64,000 nucleotides of DNA from Aureliella sp. (GCA_963691875.1 OY829846.1:3552001-3616000); one strand, 5' to 3'; shown: positions 50,568 to 61,898, numbered from the stretch's first letter. The notes: a model not told the origin generated them from the letters alone. Translations and numbers: made by a program.

Positions 50568-52409
50568 ATGATGTCGCGCGGCCCTTGTTTTCCAACTTGC
50601 TGCATCTTTGCAGCACTTTTTTCGATGCCAGGATTGGCCGTTGCGGATGAGCAGGTCAAATACAAGCTCACCTTTCCAAAACACGAAAACCACTACGTAC
50701 AAGTCGAAGCAAGTTTCCGTGACTGTGGTCCGCAGCAGCAAGTCTTCATGCCAGTTTGGACGCCAGGATCTTATTTGATTCGCGAATACGCGCGTCATGT
50801 CGATTCGGTCGAAGCTTCCGATGCGAAGGGTACTAAGCTGGCGATCAAAAAAGTCAACAAGAACCGTTGGCAAGTGGACAACAGTGAGAAGCAATCATCA
50901 TTCACAGTGCGATATCGCATCTACTGCAACGAACTCAGCGTTCGCACCAACTTTGTCGACAGCCAGTTTGCTCTGCTAAACGGGGCTGCAGTCTTTCTCA
51001 CTAGGAACGAGTCTTTAGAACAAGAGCACGTCGTTGCGATCGAACTACCATCCCAATGGAAACAAGCCGTAACTGCTTTGGAGCGGCGTGTCGAGCTCGG
51101 AGCAAACGTATTCGTAGCGCGGAACTTCGACGAGCTCGTGGATTCGCCGATCGTAGCTGGCAATCCGAATTTGCATCCCTTCACTGTGGGCGGCATCGAG
51201 CACTTCTTGGTGAACCTGGGCGACGCGTCTTTGTGGGACGGCGACACGGCAGCTGCCGACGTGGCCAAGATTGTGGCAGAGCATCAGAAGATGTGGGGCC
51301 GGTCCCCCTACAAACGCTACCTCTTCCTGAACGTTATCGCCGAAAGTGGCGGCGGACTCGAGCACGACAACTCGACGGTCTTGCTAACAAGCCGCTGGAG
51401 TTTTCGTTCGCCCAACCGCTACAACAGCTGGCTAGGACTGGTCAGTCACGAGTTCTTTCACACTTGGAACGTACGTCGCCTGCGTCCCAAAGTCTTAGCC
51501 AACTACGACTACGAAGTGGAGAACTACTTCGAAGAGTTATGGGTCGCGGAAGGCGTCACTAGCTACTACGACGATCTGGCTCTAGCGCGGAGCGGATTCA
51601 ATAGCACTAGAAAGCACCTAGAAGACCTTTCCAAACGCATTCGTTCCCTACAAAACAAAAACGGCCGACTCAAGCAATCCTTGGCCCTATCTTCCCACGA
51701 TGCGTGGATCAAGTTCTATCGGCCTGACGAAAATAGCAGCAACACCAGCATTAGTTACTACAACAAAGGATCGGTTGTCGCATTCTTGCTCGACATCGAG
51801 ATCCGCCGCGCGACCGAGAACAAGAAATCGCTCGACGATGTCATGCGTGCCTTGTACGACAAATACGCTTTGAAAGAAGGTTACTCCAATGCCGATGTGC
51901 TGGCTGAGGTGAACCGGATCACCGGCAAGGACCTGAGTGAATGGTTCGATCGAGCCATCTACTCGACCGAAGAACTCAATTATCAAGCTGCCTTCGACTG
52001 GCTGGGACTGAAATTCGTCGTGCCAAGTTCTGGGGAAGAAGCTACGAAGGCTGCCGCCAATGGGCCTATTTGGACAGGCATTTCAACAAAGACAGAAGAT
52101 GGAAAAACGCTCGTCTCATCCATTGTTGAATCCGGGCCTGGTTTCGATGCAGGCATTAACGTCGACGATGAAATCATTGCAGTCAACGACTATCGTGTTT
52201 CCAGCAGCTTGTCAGAGCTACTAGACCAGTTCAAAGGGGACAAGGAAGTGGAGTTGCTCATCGCACGTCGCGGTGCACTCTCAAGGGTAAAACTTAAGTT
52301 GAAAACCCGTGCTTCATCCCTTTGGCGTGTCGACCTCGTTAAAAAACCCACCGTCGAGCAGAAAAAGAACCTGGCCACCTGGCTTCATCAGCCAGAGAAG
52401 AAAAAGTAG
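50568..52409 (+). CDS. M61 family glycyl aminopeptidase with PDZ domain
   Basis: MPVWTPGSYLIRE, GGGLEH, HEFFHTWN, WVAEGVTSYYD, SYYNKG, PDZ GP..DAGINVDDEIIAVN. Confidence 0.95.
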   Translation: MMSRGPCFPTCCIFAALFSMPGLAVADEQVKYKLTFPKHENHYVQVEASFRDCGPQQQVFMPVWTPGSYLIREYARHVDSVEASDAKGTKLAIKKVNKNRWQVDNSEKQSSFTVRYRIYCNELSVRTNFVDSQFALLNGAAVFLTRNESLEQEHVVAIELPSQWKQAVTALERRVELGANVFVARNFDELVDSPIVAGNPNLHPFTVGGIEHFLVNLGDASLWDGDTAAADVAKIVAEHQKMWGRSPYKRYLFLNVIAESGGGLEHDNSTVLLTSRWSFRSPNRYNSWLGLVSHEFFHTWNVRRLRPKVLANYDYEVENYFEELWVAEGVTSYYDDLALARSGFNSTRKHLEDLSKRIRSLQNKNGRLKQSLALSSHDAWIKFYRPDENSSNTSISYYNKGSVVAFLLDIEIRRATENKKSLDDVMRALYDKYALKEGYSNADVLAEVNRITGKDLSEWFDRAIYSTEELNYQAAFDWLGLKFVVPSSGEEATKAAANGPIWTGISTKTEDGKTLVSSIVESGPGFDAGINVDDEIIAVNDYRVSSSLSELLDQFKGDKEVELLIARRGALSRVKLKLKTRASSLWRVDLVKKPTVEQKKNLATWLHQPEKKK

Positions 52410-52456
52410 TTGGACACTTCTTCAACTCGTCGGGTGAGCTTCCAAACACAGGATGC

Positions 52457-53935
52457 TTACCCCACTTTTCTTGACTTCCGCTCTTCGGCAGCGATCTCTG
52501 CGATACGTATGGCATTGCGGGTGTTGGATTCGCCGGAAGTTAGTTCCGCTTCGGCCCACGGCGCTTCCTTGTTTGCCAAAATCTGGCGCTCGGCCTCTTG
52601 CAGTTGACGGTAGCTGACCGACATCTCCTACGTCAGCTTTCGCTGCTATACCGCTGCTGCGGTCAACTGCAACTTGTCTTTTTGGATCAAATCCACCATG
52701 TCTTTGTATGAACGAGCGAGATACCCAATCTCTTTTCCGAATTCTGCTTCAACATTATTCGAATCCGAGTAGTCCGAACTCTTCGTAGCCTTGTGCATAG
52801 CATTTGCCAGGTCGATAACGCTTGAAGTCGCTCCGTGCTCAGCAACGTTCAGGCCGACTGCTTCTCTTTCAGTTACTCGAAGTGGAGTAAAGAGCTTTAT
52901 GATCTTCAAGCCCAAATAGCCACAACCGAAAGACTATAAAACACAAATCTATACACCCGTGTCTTGAGTGCCGAGTTGCCCGATACAAGTAACGTCTTCC
53001 GGCAGATGCTGAGGCAGATAAAAAACCGCTACGCAAAGCAATCCCCCAGGCTCCCTCAAAACCGTGAACCGCAATAGTCCCAACCACATCGTCAAGCTTC
53101 AACGCCTCCTCGATAAACAGCATGTCAAATAGCAACAAGGCTCCTGAAGTGAGACCAATCATCGCAGCACCAAAAGTGCTCACACAAGCACAACCTGCTG
53201 TGACGCCCACCAGACCGCCCAGCAGCTCGTTCGCGATCACGTCAGGTTCTGGTCTCTTGGTTGGCCCAAACCAAGAGACGATGGCGGCCGAAAGAGCTCC
53301 AAAGCAAGCCACCAGAATGGTGTTCATCGCAATTCCAGCGATATCTGTCGTTGCAGCCAACGCACTTCCACAGTTGAAGCCCAACCAACCGAAACACAAG
53401 ATGAAAATGCCGAGTTAGACCATGACTAGACTATGAGACTGAATTCGGCGAGGATGACCATGCTGATCAAACTTGCCGGTTCGCGGACCTACTGCAATCA
53501 ATCCTGCCAAAGCGATCCAACCGCCGAGTGAGTGAACCATTGTCGAACCAGCGAAGTCAATGAAGCCCAGCGACGCGAGCTATTCTGGTGTCTCGCCGGT
53601 ATAGAAACTGCCCCAGGTCCAGTGTCCAATAACGGGGTAAACGAGTACGGAAATAACGAACTAGATGACCAAGTAAGCTTTGAAACTCGTACGTTCCGCC
53701 AGTGCACCAGAATCAACTGTGGCTGCTGTTCCGCAGAATACTGCTTGGAAGATAAAGAAGACTGGAAGCCGTGGATCATCACTAACGAACACCAGAAAAT
53801 CCGACGTTCCGAACAATCCCATGTAGCTAGCATCGCATATGATGCCGAAACCCTACAGCCAGTACACGGAAATTGAAGGCACTAAGTCGCCCATGTTCTT
53901 GACCGCGACGTAGATAGAATTCTTCGTCCTCAGTT
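52457..53935 (-). pseudogene. amt: Ammonium transporter (Amt) with HAMP-like/coiled-coil C-terminal extension, multiply disrupted
   Basis: RTKNSIYVAVKN, FQAVFCGTAAT..SGALAER, YPVIGHWTW, DFAGSTMVH, GPRTGKF, FGWLGFNCGS, LDDVVG..AVHG, GLNVAEHG; six in-frame stops plus a frameshift; first TM helix missing. Confidence 0.9.
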
Positions 53936-54003
53936 TTGCCTGCAACCCAACAACCAGTCAACGCTAGGACCTGTTGAATAATTCGGAAATCAAGGGTTCG
54001 CAA

Positions 54004-56316
54004 TTAATCAACAGAACCCTGCTTGGCAAGTGTCTGCACCTTGCCAGCCTCCATGACGAATACACCCAGTCCATGCGTCCCGGCGACTAGCGTGTTGTCG
54101 CGAGGATGCACGAACAGGTCGTGGACAGCCACGGTTGGCAAGTTATTACAGAGCGAATTCCACTTCTTGCCACCGTCGGTGCTTACATAGGTCCCAAGAT
54201 CCGTTCCCACGTAAAGTAAGTCTTTCACCTTCGGGTCTTCGCGAATGACATGAATTGGTTCCAGCGGTAGGCCGACTGATATATCTTGCCATGACGTGCC
54301 GCCATCGTCGCAGCGGAAAACAAACGGCTTGAAGTTGTCGTATCGCATTCCAGTCATCGTGACATAGAACCGCTGTGAATCATGTGGCGAAAACTCGATA
54401 CGCGAAATTTGCAGGTCTGGAAGCTCGTGGTCTATCTGCTTCCAGTTTGCACCATCATCGTGTGTCAACCATAAGTTGCCGTTGTCCGTGCCAGCCAGCA
54501 GTGTTCCTTCCACGTGAGGCGACTCGGCCAAAGCTGTCACGGCCTGATAGAGTAAGTTCGGAGAATCTGGACCTTTCGTCAAATCTGGACTGATCACTCG
54601 CCATACATCGCCCCGGTTTTCTGACTTAAAAACACGTTGCGCCCCGACATATAGATGCTTGGATTCGTAGCGAGAAGGAAAATAGGGCGTCATCCAAGCA
54701 AAACGCAGCGGCTCATTTCCCAGTTGCTGAGGGCGAATCGACTTCGAGCGATCCGCACTCACACTCTGGCGATGCAGTCCACCATATTGGCTTTCGTAGT
54801 AGATTGTGTCGGAGTCATTGGGATCGCGATAAGTGAAGTAAGCATCACCGCCTCCCCACCTGTCGATGTAAATCTGTGTCCACTCATCGAGGGAGCCATC
54901 TTCGGGTCGATGTGTATTAGGACCAAATAGCGCCGCGTTGTCTTGCGTTCCGATATAGATATTAAATGGCTGCTCCATGTCGTAGGTTGCGGCGTAGACT
55001 TCGGCGATCGGCAGATTGTTCAAGTGCAACCAATTCTCGCAGCGATCGTAACTCATATACAAACCGCCGTCGTTTCCAAAGACAACTCGATCGGTGTTCT
55101 CGGGATCGATCCACATTGAATGTGTATCCAAGTGCAGGACGCGAGACTTGTGAGGCTGCAAGCGGGAGATGTTTCCACCGATCTTGGTGAATGTCTGTCC
55201 GCCATCGCGTGAGACGAATGAGTTCTGACCGATATTGTAGACTTCGTTCTCGTTGTCTGGCGAGATGCAAATTTCACACCAATCCCAACTCGCACGAACC
55301 GGCTGCTCATTGACTCTACTCCATGACTCGCCGCCATCACTCGAGCGATAAAGTGCATCGCCTCGCTGGTCATCCACCAAAGCATAGACGACTTTCGAGT
55401 TACTAGCCGCGACATCAATCGCGATTCGCCCAACTTCGGCACCAGATACCAGGCCGCCTTCTAGTCGCCGCCAGTTTGCCCCTCCATCTGTACTTCTGTA
55501 AACACCGCTTGTTTCACCGTAGTGATTGGCTCCGTACAGAGCCCGACGCCAAGTCGTTGCGAATAGCGTTTGCGAGTCCCCTGGTGAGATGACGAGATCG
55601 ATGGCAGAAGTGAACTCGTCAAGATAAAGCACTTTCTCCCACGTCTTGCCGCCATCGCAAGTCTTGAAGACGCCGCGCTCTTCGTTGGTCGTTGCGAGAC
55701 GCCCCATCGCAGCCACATAGACTGTCTGCTCGTCGCTGGGGTCGATGCAAACGCGAGCGATGTGATGAGTATCGTGCAGCCCCATGTTCTCCCAAGTTTT
55801 ACCAGCATCAATCGATTTGAAAACACCGATACCGGGAATCGTCGAACGCGGCGTCATCAGCACTTCACCCGTTCCAACCCATACATGATCCGGATTGGAA
55901 CCGGCAACGGCAACATCACCGATGGCAGCGGTGGCTTCGCCCTGAAAAATCGGCCGCCAAGTCGTTCCATTGTTGACTGTCTTCCACAAACCTCCAGAGC
56001 CGACGCCAACATACATCGTGTTCATCTGCCCCGGGGCGTCACGCGGTGGAACAGCAATCGCCTCAATCCTTCCGCCCTGCTTGCGCGGCCCAACCGCCTC
56101 CCAAGCCAGCTCTCTGAAGGGCGAAGTCTGCTCAAGCCGCTGATGAAGCTGCCAGGAATTCACGCGCGCCTTGGCCGAGGTCGGCGCAGGCAATGGCTTT
56201 GTAGCTTGCGACTCCTGGGCATTCACACGATGGACAAGCAAGGCTAGGACGAGGAAGACCTTGAGCGTTCGGGAGTTTTTGCTCAGAGAATGAGGGATAT
56301 AGTTCGATACGATCAA
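54004..56316 (-). CDS. BNR/Asp-box repeat (sortilin/VPS10-like) glycosyl hydrolase-like exported protein
   Basis: GP...GGRIEAI, many SxDGGxTW repeats, HLDTH, GTQDN, GGDA, GTHGLG. Confidence 0.9.
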   Translation of the reverse strand: MIVSNYIPHSLSKNSRTLKVFLVLALLVHRVNAQESQATKPLPAPTSAKARVNSWQLHQRLEQTSPFRELAWEAVGPRKQGGRIEAIAVPPRDAPGQMNTMYVGVGSGGLWKTVNNGTTWRPIFQGEATAAIGDVAVAGSNPDHVWVGTGEVLMTPRSTIPGIGVFKSIDAGKTWENMGLHDTHHIARVCIDPSDEQTVYVAAMGRLATTNEERGVFKTCDGGKTWEKVLYLDEFTSAIDLVISPGDSQTLFATTWRRALYGANHYGETSGVYRSTDGGANWRRLEGGLVSGAEVGRIAIDVAASNSKVVYALVDDQRGDALYRSSDGGESWSRVNEQPVRASWDWCEICISPDNENEVYNIGQNSFVSRDGGQTFTKIGGNISRLQPHKSRVLHLDTHSMWIDPENTDRVVFGNDGGLYMSYDRCENWLHLNNLPIAEVYAATYDMEQPFNIYIGTQDNAALFGPNTHRPEDGSLDEWTQIYIDRWGGGDAYFTYRDPNDSDTIYYESQYGGLHRQSVSADRSKSIRPQQLGNEPLRFAWMTPYFPSRYESKHLYVGAQRVFKSENRGDVWRVISPDLTKGPDSPNLLYQAVTALAESPHVEGTLLAGTDNGNLWLTHDDGANWKQIDHELPDLQISRIEFSPHDSQRFYVTMTGMRYDNFKPFVFRCDDGGTSWQDISVGLPLEPIHVIREDPKVKDLLYVGTDLGTYVSTDGGKKWNSLCNNLPTVAVHDLFVHPRDNTLVAGTHGLGVFVMEAGKVQTLAKQGSVD

Positions 56317-56359
56317 TACCTATTCCTATGGTCAGAGGATCAACAAAAAATGCAACAAT

Positions 56360-57124
56360 TCAGATCTTCGCATCACGCAGCGCGGGGAACTTGCTACGCC
56401 AGCGTCGCGTTTCGTCAAAGTCATAGTTGGTCGACACAACTTTTTCCGATGTATCGCATTCAAAAATGCTATTGCCCATATGATCGAAGGCACTGCTGCG
56501 GCCGTCAAAAACGAGGCCAGGTTCTTCCCCGCATCGATTGACGCCCACCACGCAGGCCAGGTTTTCAATGGCTCTGGCTTGAAGCAGTCGCACCCAATGC
56601 TCAGATCGCTTAGCAGGCCAGCAGGCAATAACACAGATTAACTCAGCACCGGCCAAAGCAGCTGGACGAAATCGTTCGGGAAATCGCAGGTCGTAGCAGA
56701 TAAATGGTGCGATCTTGACACCTTGCCACTCGAAAATCGAGTAGCCTTCCCCCGCCGGATAGCTCTCGTCTTCGCCTGAAAGCGTGAATGGCTGTTGCTT
56801 CTGATACCGAACCAGTTCGCTTCCATTCGGTGCGAAAGCAACTGCTTCGTTCTTTCCGGTCGCGTGTGGTCCTGGACTTGCAATCCCCCCAAGCATGGCA
56901 CAGTCGTACTTGGCAGCCAGCTCCTTAAGCAAGGCTTCACCTTCTCGATCCGTGCTTTGGGCGGCTACCGAAGCATTCATCGTGAAGCCGGTTTCGAACA
57001 TCTCTGGCAAAACGACTAGGCTGCCAGCCGAAGGAGAATTCTCCGCCAATAAAGCGCGCACTCGCTTGTGGTTGGCGGACTTGTCTTCCCAAGCCATGTT
57101 GAGTTGTACTGCGTAGACTTGCAT
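56360..57124 (-). CDS. Carbon-nitrogen hydrolase (nitrilase family, omega-amidase-like)
   Basis: LPEMF, YQK, ICYDLRFPE catalytic triad motifs, ARAIEN. Confidence 0.93.
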   Translation of the reverse strand: MQVYAVQLNMAWEDKSANHKRVRALLAENSPSAGSLVVLPEMFETGFTMNASVAAQSTDREGEALLKELAAKYDCAMLGGIASPGPHATGKNEAVAFAPNGSELVRYQKQQPFTLSGEDESYPAGEGYSIFEWQGVKIAPFICYDLRFPERFRPAALAGAELICVIACWPAKRSEHWVRLLQARAIENLACVVGVNRCGEEPGLVFDGRSSAFDHMGNSIFECDTSEKVVSTNYDFDETRRWRSKFPALRDAKI

Positions 57125-57210
57125 GATGTTGCCTCGCGAATTTTAAGAGTGCCGGCTCCGCTCGTTTCCCTCACGAATCTCCCTCAGGGAGAGTCAATCA
57201 TTTGTCGCGA

Positions 57211-58410
57211 TTATAGGCCTAGATGCTCATCGAGTAACTGCCAGCAGACGAGCTGCATTCGCGGGAAGTGGAAAGGCCCCTTCCAAAGGTTGCCTTTCAG
57301 GCTGGAGCTTAACGAACCGTCTCGTCGCAGGTAGCCAAACCACTCGCCATGCTCCGCATCCGCAAAGTGACGGTAGGACCAGTCGTGAACTTGTTGGTGC
57401 ATCGCAGCAAACTGCGCATCGCCTGTGAGTAGATAGGCGAGCAGTGAAGCGATGATGGTTTCATTGTGTGGCCACCAGAACTTCATGTCGTGCCAATACT
57501 CCTGAACTTGGCCGCCGCCTAAGTCGGTGAAGTAGAGCATGCCGCCAAGCTCGGTGTCCCAACCACGCTTCCACATCCAGCGTAGCATTTTCAGACCAAG
57601 TTCGATCAGCCGCTGATCATTGCGAAGCTTGCCTTCGAGCATGATAAACCAAGCGCCTTCGATAGCATGACCCGGGTTGAGTGTTCGACCATCAAAGTGG
57701 TCAATAATCTCACCCGCCGGACCAACACTCTCCATGACTACTTCCAGGTCGTCTTTGACGAACTCCCGCTCTATCTTTTCGATGGCAAAGTCGATCCATT
57801 CGTCCGCTGCTTCCCAACTGATCGCCTCACGAAGTTCCTGCGCCGTGACAATCGTGATCATTGGGAAACCAATGCTCTGCATCGGACGAGTGGCTTCAAA
57901 CTTGGCAAGCTCAGGTGGTGGATTCAAATTATGCTGAATGAATTGCTCTGCCAAACGCGCTGCCAGCCGGGCGTAAGGCTGACTATCGGTGGCGCGAGCA
58001 TACTGAGCCATCGCGATTGCCGCAAAACTCTCTGAGAAAGCGTATCGACGCTTGCGAATCGGCTGCCCAGCCTGCGTCACATGAAACCACATGCGGCCAT
58101 CAATGGGATCAATGCAACGTTCTTGAATAAAACGGATACCGAGTTCGGCCGCTGCGAGCCATTCCGAGTTCGGTTCAACGGTGTTATACAGCTTTCCGAG
58201 TAGCCAAGCAAAACGACCCTGCTGCCAAACGCCTTTATCGGAATCAACTAAGCTGCCGTCGCGAGCAAGCGACATGGTGTATCCACCGTAGTCGTGATCC
58301 AGCGCGTGCTTTAACCAGAATGGCAGCGTGTCGTTCAGCAAACCATCGCGATACGCGTCACGAAGTGACGATGGTCGCTGAAACAACAGGTAGTCGCCTG
58401 CGGAATTCAT
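57211..58410 (-). CDS. AGE family epimerase (N-acylglucosamine 2-epimerase-like)
   Basis: DKGVWQQGR, NPGHAIEGAWF, KFWWPHNE, GEWFGYL, KGPFHFPR. Confidence 0.93.
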   Translation of the reverse strand: MNSAGDYLLFQRPSSLRDAYRDGLLNDTLPFWLKHALDHDYGGYTMSLARDGSLVDSDKGVWQQGRFAWLLGKLYNTVEPNSEWLAAAELGIRFIQERCIDPIDGRMWFHVTQAGQPIRKRRYAFSESFAAIAMAQYARATDSQPYARLAARLAEQFIQHNLNPPPELAKFEATRPMQSIGFPMITIVTAQELREAISWEAADEWIDFAIEKIEREFVKDDLEVVMESVGPAGEIIDHFDGRTLNPGHAIEGAWFIMLEGKLRNDQRLIELGLKMLRWMWKRGWDTELGGMLYFTDLGGGQVQEYWHDMKFWWPHNETIIASLLAYLLTGDAQFAAMHQQVHDWSYRHFADAEHGEWFGYLRRDGSLSSSLKGNLWKGPFHFPRMQLVCWQLLDEHLGL

Positions 58411-58451
58411 CTCGGCCTTAGCTCCTTCTCAGGCAAATCCGCGACAAGCTT

Positions 58452-59285
58452 TTACTTGTCCAAATGAATGCGAGCACCGATATCACGAAGCGCGGTTAGC
58501 TGCTCCTCAGTCTTGCCGCCCATGGGATTGCCCTTAAGGTAGATGCGCCAGAACGGTGCAAAGCGTTGTCCTTTGTCACCCTTTGCCATTTCGACCAAAA
58601 CACCAAGATCGCTAAGGCGATTGTTCTTCAGGTTTAGATACTTTAGCTCCGTCAACGGCTTCAGAAAGCTCAAGTCCTTGATGCGGCAGTCACGAAGGTC
58701 GCAAGAGCTGAGCCACTTGAGACTTCCGACAGGTGTAAAGTCTTTCACCGGATTGCCAGCTAGATACAGCGTCCACACCTTAGGTAAGTTTTCGACAACC
58801 TTGATGTCTTCGATTGTATTGTCACTCAGGTAGAGCGAACGCATGTTGGTCATCTTCTGCAGTGCCGAAAGGTCTGTTACTTCATTACGCGACAATTCTA
58901 GATACTGAACGCGTTCCAATTCGGCGAGCGGACTTATATCCTCGATTTCGTTGCCAGCCAGATTAATCGACTGCAGAAGCTTCAAACCCGCGAGCTGAGA
59001 CACACCCTTGATACTGTTGTTTTCGAGATCGATCTCTTGGACAGCAATGCAATGTTCCAGGCCCGTCAGATCCTTGATCTCCTTGCCCTTGGCGTGGACT
59101 TGAGAGATGTTGCGGACATCATCCTTTGTGATCGGCTCTTTGTTGTAGCGCTTCGCAAAAACTTCTTTCCGCACTGCGTCTTCAAGCGCTTTGTCTGGAA
59201 AAATGCTTTGCGCCCAACAAGGCGAGCACACGAGCAGAAGAAGGAATGCGACGCAGTTGGAACGAGCAAAGAAAAGGTGATTCAT
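58452..59285 (-). CDS. Exported leucine-rich repeat protein (internalin-like)
   Basis: Signal peptide, FPDKALEDAVR cap, about 7 repeats of LxLxxNxIxDxxxL. Confidence 0.92.
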   Translation of the reverse strand: MNHLFFARSNCVAFLLLLVCSPCWAQSIFPDKALEDAVRKEVFAKRYNKEPITKDDVRNISQVHAKGKEIKDLTGLEHCIAVQEIDLENNSIKGVSQLAGLKLLQSINLAGNEIEDISPLAELERVQYLELSRNEVTDLSALQKMTNMRSLYLSDNTIEDIKVVENLPKVWTLYLAGNPVKDFTPVGSLKWLSSCDLRDCRIKDLSFLKPLTELKYLNLKNNRLSDLGVLVEMAKGDKGQRFAPFWRIYLKGNPMGGKTEEQLTALRDIGARIHLDK

Positions 59286-59677
59286 TTCGACTAGTTCGGG
59301 CTGGGGGAATGTGGTGAGGTGAGCCAGTGGAGTACACTTCCGCTACCTCCAATGCTCCAGAACATATGGTAATCGCATCGTATTCCCGCTGCCATTCCCT
59401 GGACGACTCGAGCAAGCGAGCTTCAAGTTGGAGAGATCTCGCAGAAGTCCTGCGTCGCGAGGTATGGGGCCACCCGAGTCCGCTATTTTCTATTCGCCCG
59501 GCTCACCTCGAACGGCCATTCAATTCGTGAACTTACCCCCAAGCCTAACATAGAGGCAATACCCGCTTTACGAGGTTGGAAAAAGCAAAGGAATGACGCG
59601 CCCGCCCCCGGATGTGTGTCATAATTCTCTAGATTTGTTTTTCAGCACAGTTTTGCCAACTCTGGCGGTATTGGTCC

Positions 59678-60316
59678 TTGAATATCTTGCTGACAGCCTT
59701 TGAGCCCTATGGTGACTGGAACGAAAATTCCAGTTGGCTGACGCTAATGGAATTCTTGAAGGACTCGCCCGCAAACCTCAACCTGGTAACGCGTCGCTAT
59801 CCGGTAGAGCTCCAAGCTCTGAAAGAAAGGCTCGCGAAAGATCTTGACGAGCGTTTCGACGCGATTCTTCACCTCGGCCAGGCCCCAGGTAGCTCTTCGG
59901 TTCAGCTCGAATCCATCGCGCTCAACGTAGCTTGCTGTGTCGAAGATCAAGGTGAAGAGCTTCCGCCAATTGAGCCGGAAGGGCCACTAGCGTTTAAGAG
60001 CCGAATGCCATTAGGACGCTGGGCGGAACTACTTCGTGCCGAGAAAATTCCGGCAAGCGTCTCGTACCATGCTGGTACATTCTTATGCAACGCCACCATG
60101 TACTTGTCGCATCTGTCCTACGAAAAAGACCCTGCTGCTCCATTCATTGGCTTCGTGCATTTACCTCTCGCTACAGAACAAGTCGCTGCGTCGCAACGCC
60201 CCACCGCGTCACTGCCAATTAAGACGATGGCACAAGCCTTAGAACTACTCTTGTTAGATTTGGCTGACTGTCATTCTGCCTTGCCGAAGAAACGCTCTCG
60301 CGCATCACAAGTTTAA
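59678..60316 (+). CDS. pcp: Pyroglutamyl-peptidase I (C15)
   Basis: ILLTAFEPY..NSS, HLGQA..LESIALN, SYHAGTFLCN, GFVHLP. Confidence 0.92.
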   Translation: MNILLTAFEPYGDWNENSSWLTLMEFLKDSPANLNLVTRRYPVELQALKERLAKDLDERFDAILHLGQAPGSSSVQLESIALNVACCVEDQGEELPPIEPEGPLAFKSRMPLGRWAELLRAEKIPASVSYHAGTFLCNATMYLSHLSYEKDPAAPFIGFVHLPLATEQVAASQRPTASLPIKTMAQALELLLLDLADCHSALPKKRSRASQV

Positions 60317-60402
60317 TTCTTCACACAAAAGAAAAACCGTTACCAATTCGAAGGAACTGGCGACGGCATTTGGAACGTTGGGAATAAACTCCGAAATCTC
60401 GA

Positions 60403-61698
60403 CTAGATCAACTTGGTCGTGCCGGGAATCGCATGCTGAGGCTTTGGCAGTTTGCCGTCCCAAGCAAGATCTTTCGGATAGAGGTCCAGTTTTGATTCCT
60501 TGGTAAGAAAATCCCAGGTAACTTCTTGACCAGTGTAGGCAGCCATACGGCCCATGACTGCGGTCAGTGAGCTGTCTGCGGTTTGCTTGAGTTCGACAAT
60601 GGGCTTGCCGGCGCGAATCGAATCCACCAGGTCCTTGTGCTCTTGCTTGTAGGCGTCGCCGATGGAGCCTGCTTGCTCCCAGATCTTCTTGCCATCGTAG
60701 TCCGTGATATAAGACCCCCGACTCATGGCGCCGATATGGCATATCCCTTCGGAACCGTAAACCACGTTACCATTGTCACTCTTACTGCCGGGGATTTGTC
60801 GGCACATGAATGAGAGTGTCTTGTTGCCTGGATAAACATAGTCAATTGATACATTGTCCCACATTTCGCTGTCAGCTGGACGTGTGAAACGTCCTCCAGA
60901 TCCGTAGGCTGTGAGTGGGTTTGATCCCATGACCCAGTTCATTGCGTCGATGTTGTGCACCGCTTGCTCGGCGATTTGATCGCCACTGAGCCAGATAAAG
61001 TGCATCCAGTTGTTCAACTGATACTCGGCGTCACTCATGCCTTCTTTGCGATTGCGGTACCAGATTCCCGTGGAGCAATAGCGTGACTGAGCACTGACGA
61101 TGTTACCAATAGTACCCTTGCGAATCTCTTCGATTGCCCCGACATAGTTCGCCTGACGACGGTACTGAGTTCCAGTGACGATTCCAGTCTGGTTCTTTTT
61201 GGCGAGCAGATCTGCCTTGAGGCAAACTCGGTAGCCAGCCGGATCAACACAGCTCGGCTTCTCCGCAAAAACGTGCTTGCCAGCTTCAACGGTTTCCAAG
61301 ATGTGATAGGGTCGGAAACCAGGAGATGTGGTCAAGAATACCAAGTCAATGTCGGATCGTTCCAAGATCTTCTTGTAGCCCTCCAATCCGTCATAAACTT
61401 GGTCTGGGGCCACATCAACCTTGTCTGGGTGACGTCGTGAAATCTGCGTGATCGTGTTAGCGCATTTGTTGGCATACAAATCCGAAGCAGCGACTAGCTT
61501 GACATTGTTGTTGATGGAAAATGAGTCATTTAGAGCCCCAGTGCCGCGTCCACCACAGCCGACGATTCCGATCCGAATGGTTTCCTCGGCGGAAGCTTTG
61601 ACCTCAGAGGAACTGTGAACCATGGTCGCTGCCGCAGAAATCGATGCGGTAGTGGCAATGAACTTACGTCGTGAGTTGGCAGAAGAATCCTGGGCCAT
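60403..61698 (-). CDS. Gfo/Idh/MocA family oxidoreductase with Tat signal
   Basis: SRRKFI Tat motif, GIVGCGGRGTGA, GKHVFAEKP, EQAVHNID. Confidence 0.93.
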   Translation of the reverse strand: MAQDSSANSRRKFIATTASISAAATMVHSSSEVKASAEETIRIGIVGCGGRGTGALNDSFSINNNVKLVAASDLYANKCANTITQISRRHPDKVDVAPDQVYDGLEGYKKILERSDIDLVFLTTSPGFRPYHILETVEAGKHVFAEKPSCVDPAGYRVCLKADLLAKKNQTGIVTGTQYRRQANYVGAIEEIRKGTIGNIVSAQSRYCSTGIWYRNRKEGMSDAEYQLNNWMHFIWLSGDQIAEQAVHNIDAMNWVMGSNPLTAYGSGGRFTRPADSEMWDNVSIDYVYPGNKTLSFMCRQIPGSKSDNGNVVYGSEGICHIGAMSRGSYITDYDGKKIWEQAGSIGDAYKQEHKDLVDSIRAGKPIVELKQTADSSLTAVMGRMAAYTGQEVTWDFLTKESKLDLYPKDLAWDGKLPKPQHAIPGTTKLI

Positions 61699-61898
61699 AT
61701 TGTGAGCTCCGCTAGAAGTTTGATGGTGGCGTAAGCAAGGAGGGAGCCCCTAGTGTACTCCAGGTGCTCGCCGGCTGGAACGGTTCGCCCGTCGAATACC
61801 TTCGCAGCCCCGACAATGTCACTTCCTTAGCATGTTGCATGCTAGACTGAGGTGAGGATAGGGGTCGAATATTCTGGAGTATTGAAGTCAGCCAAACC

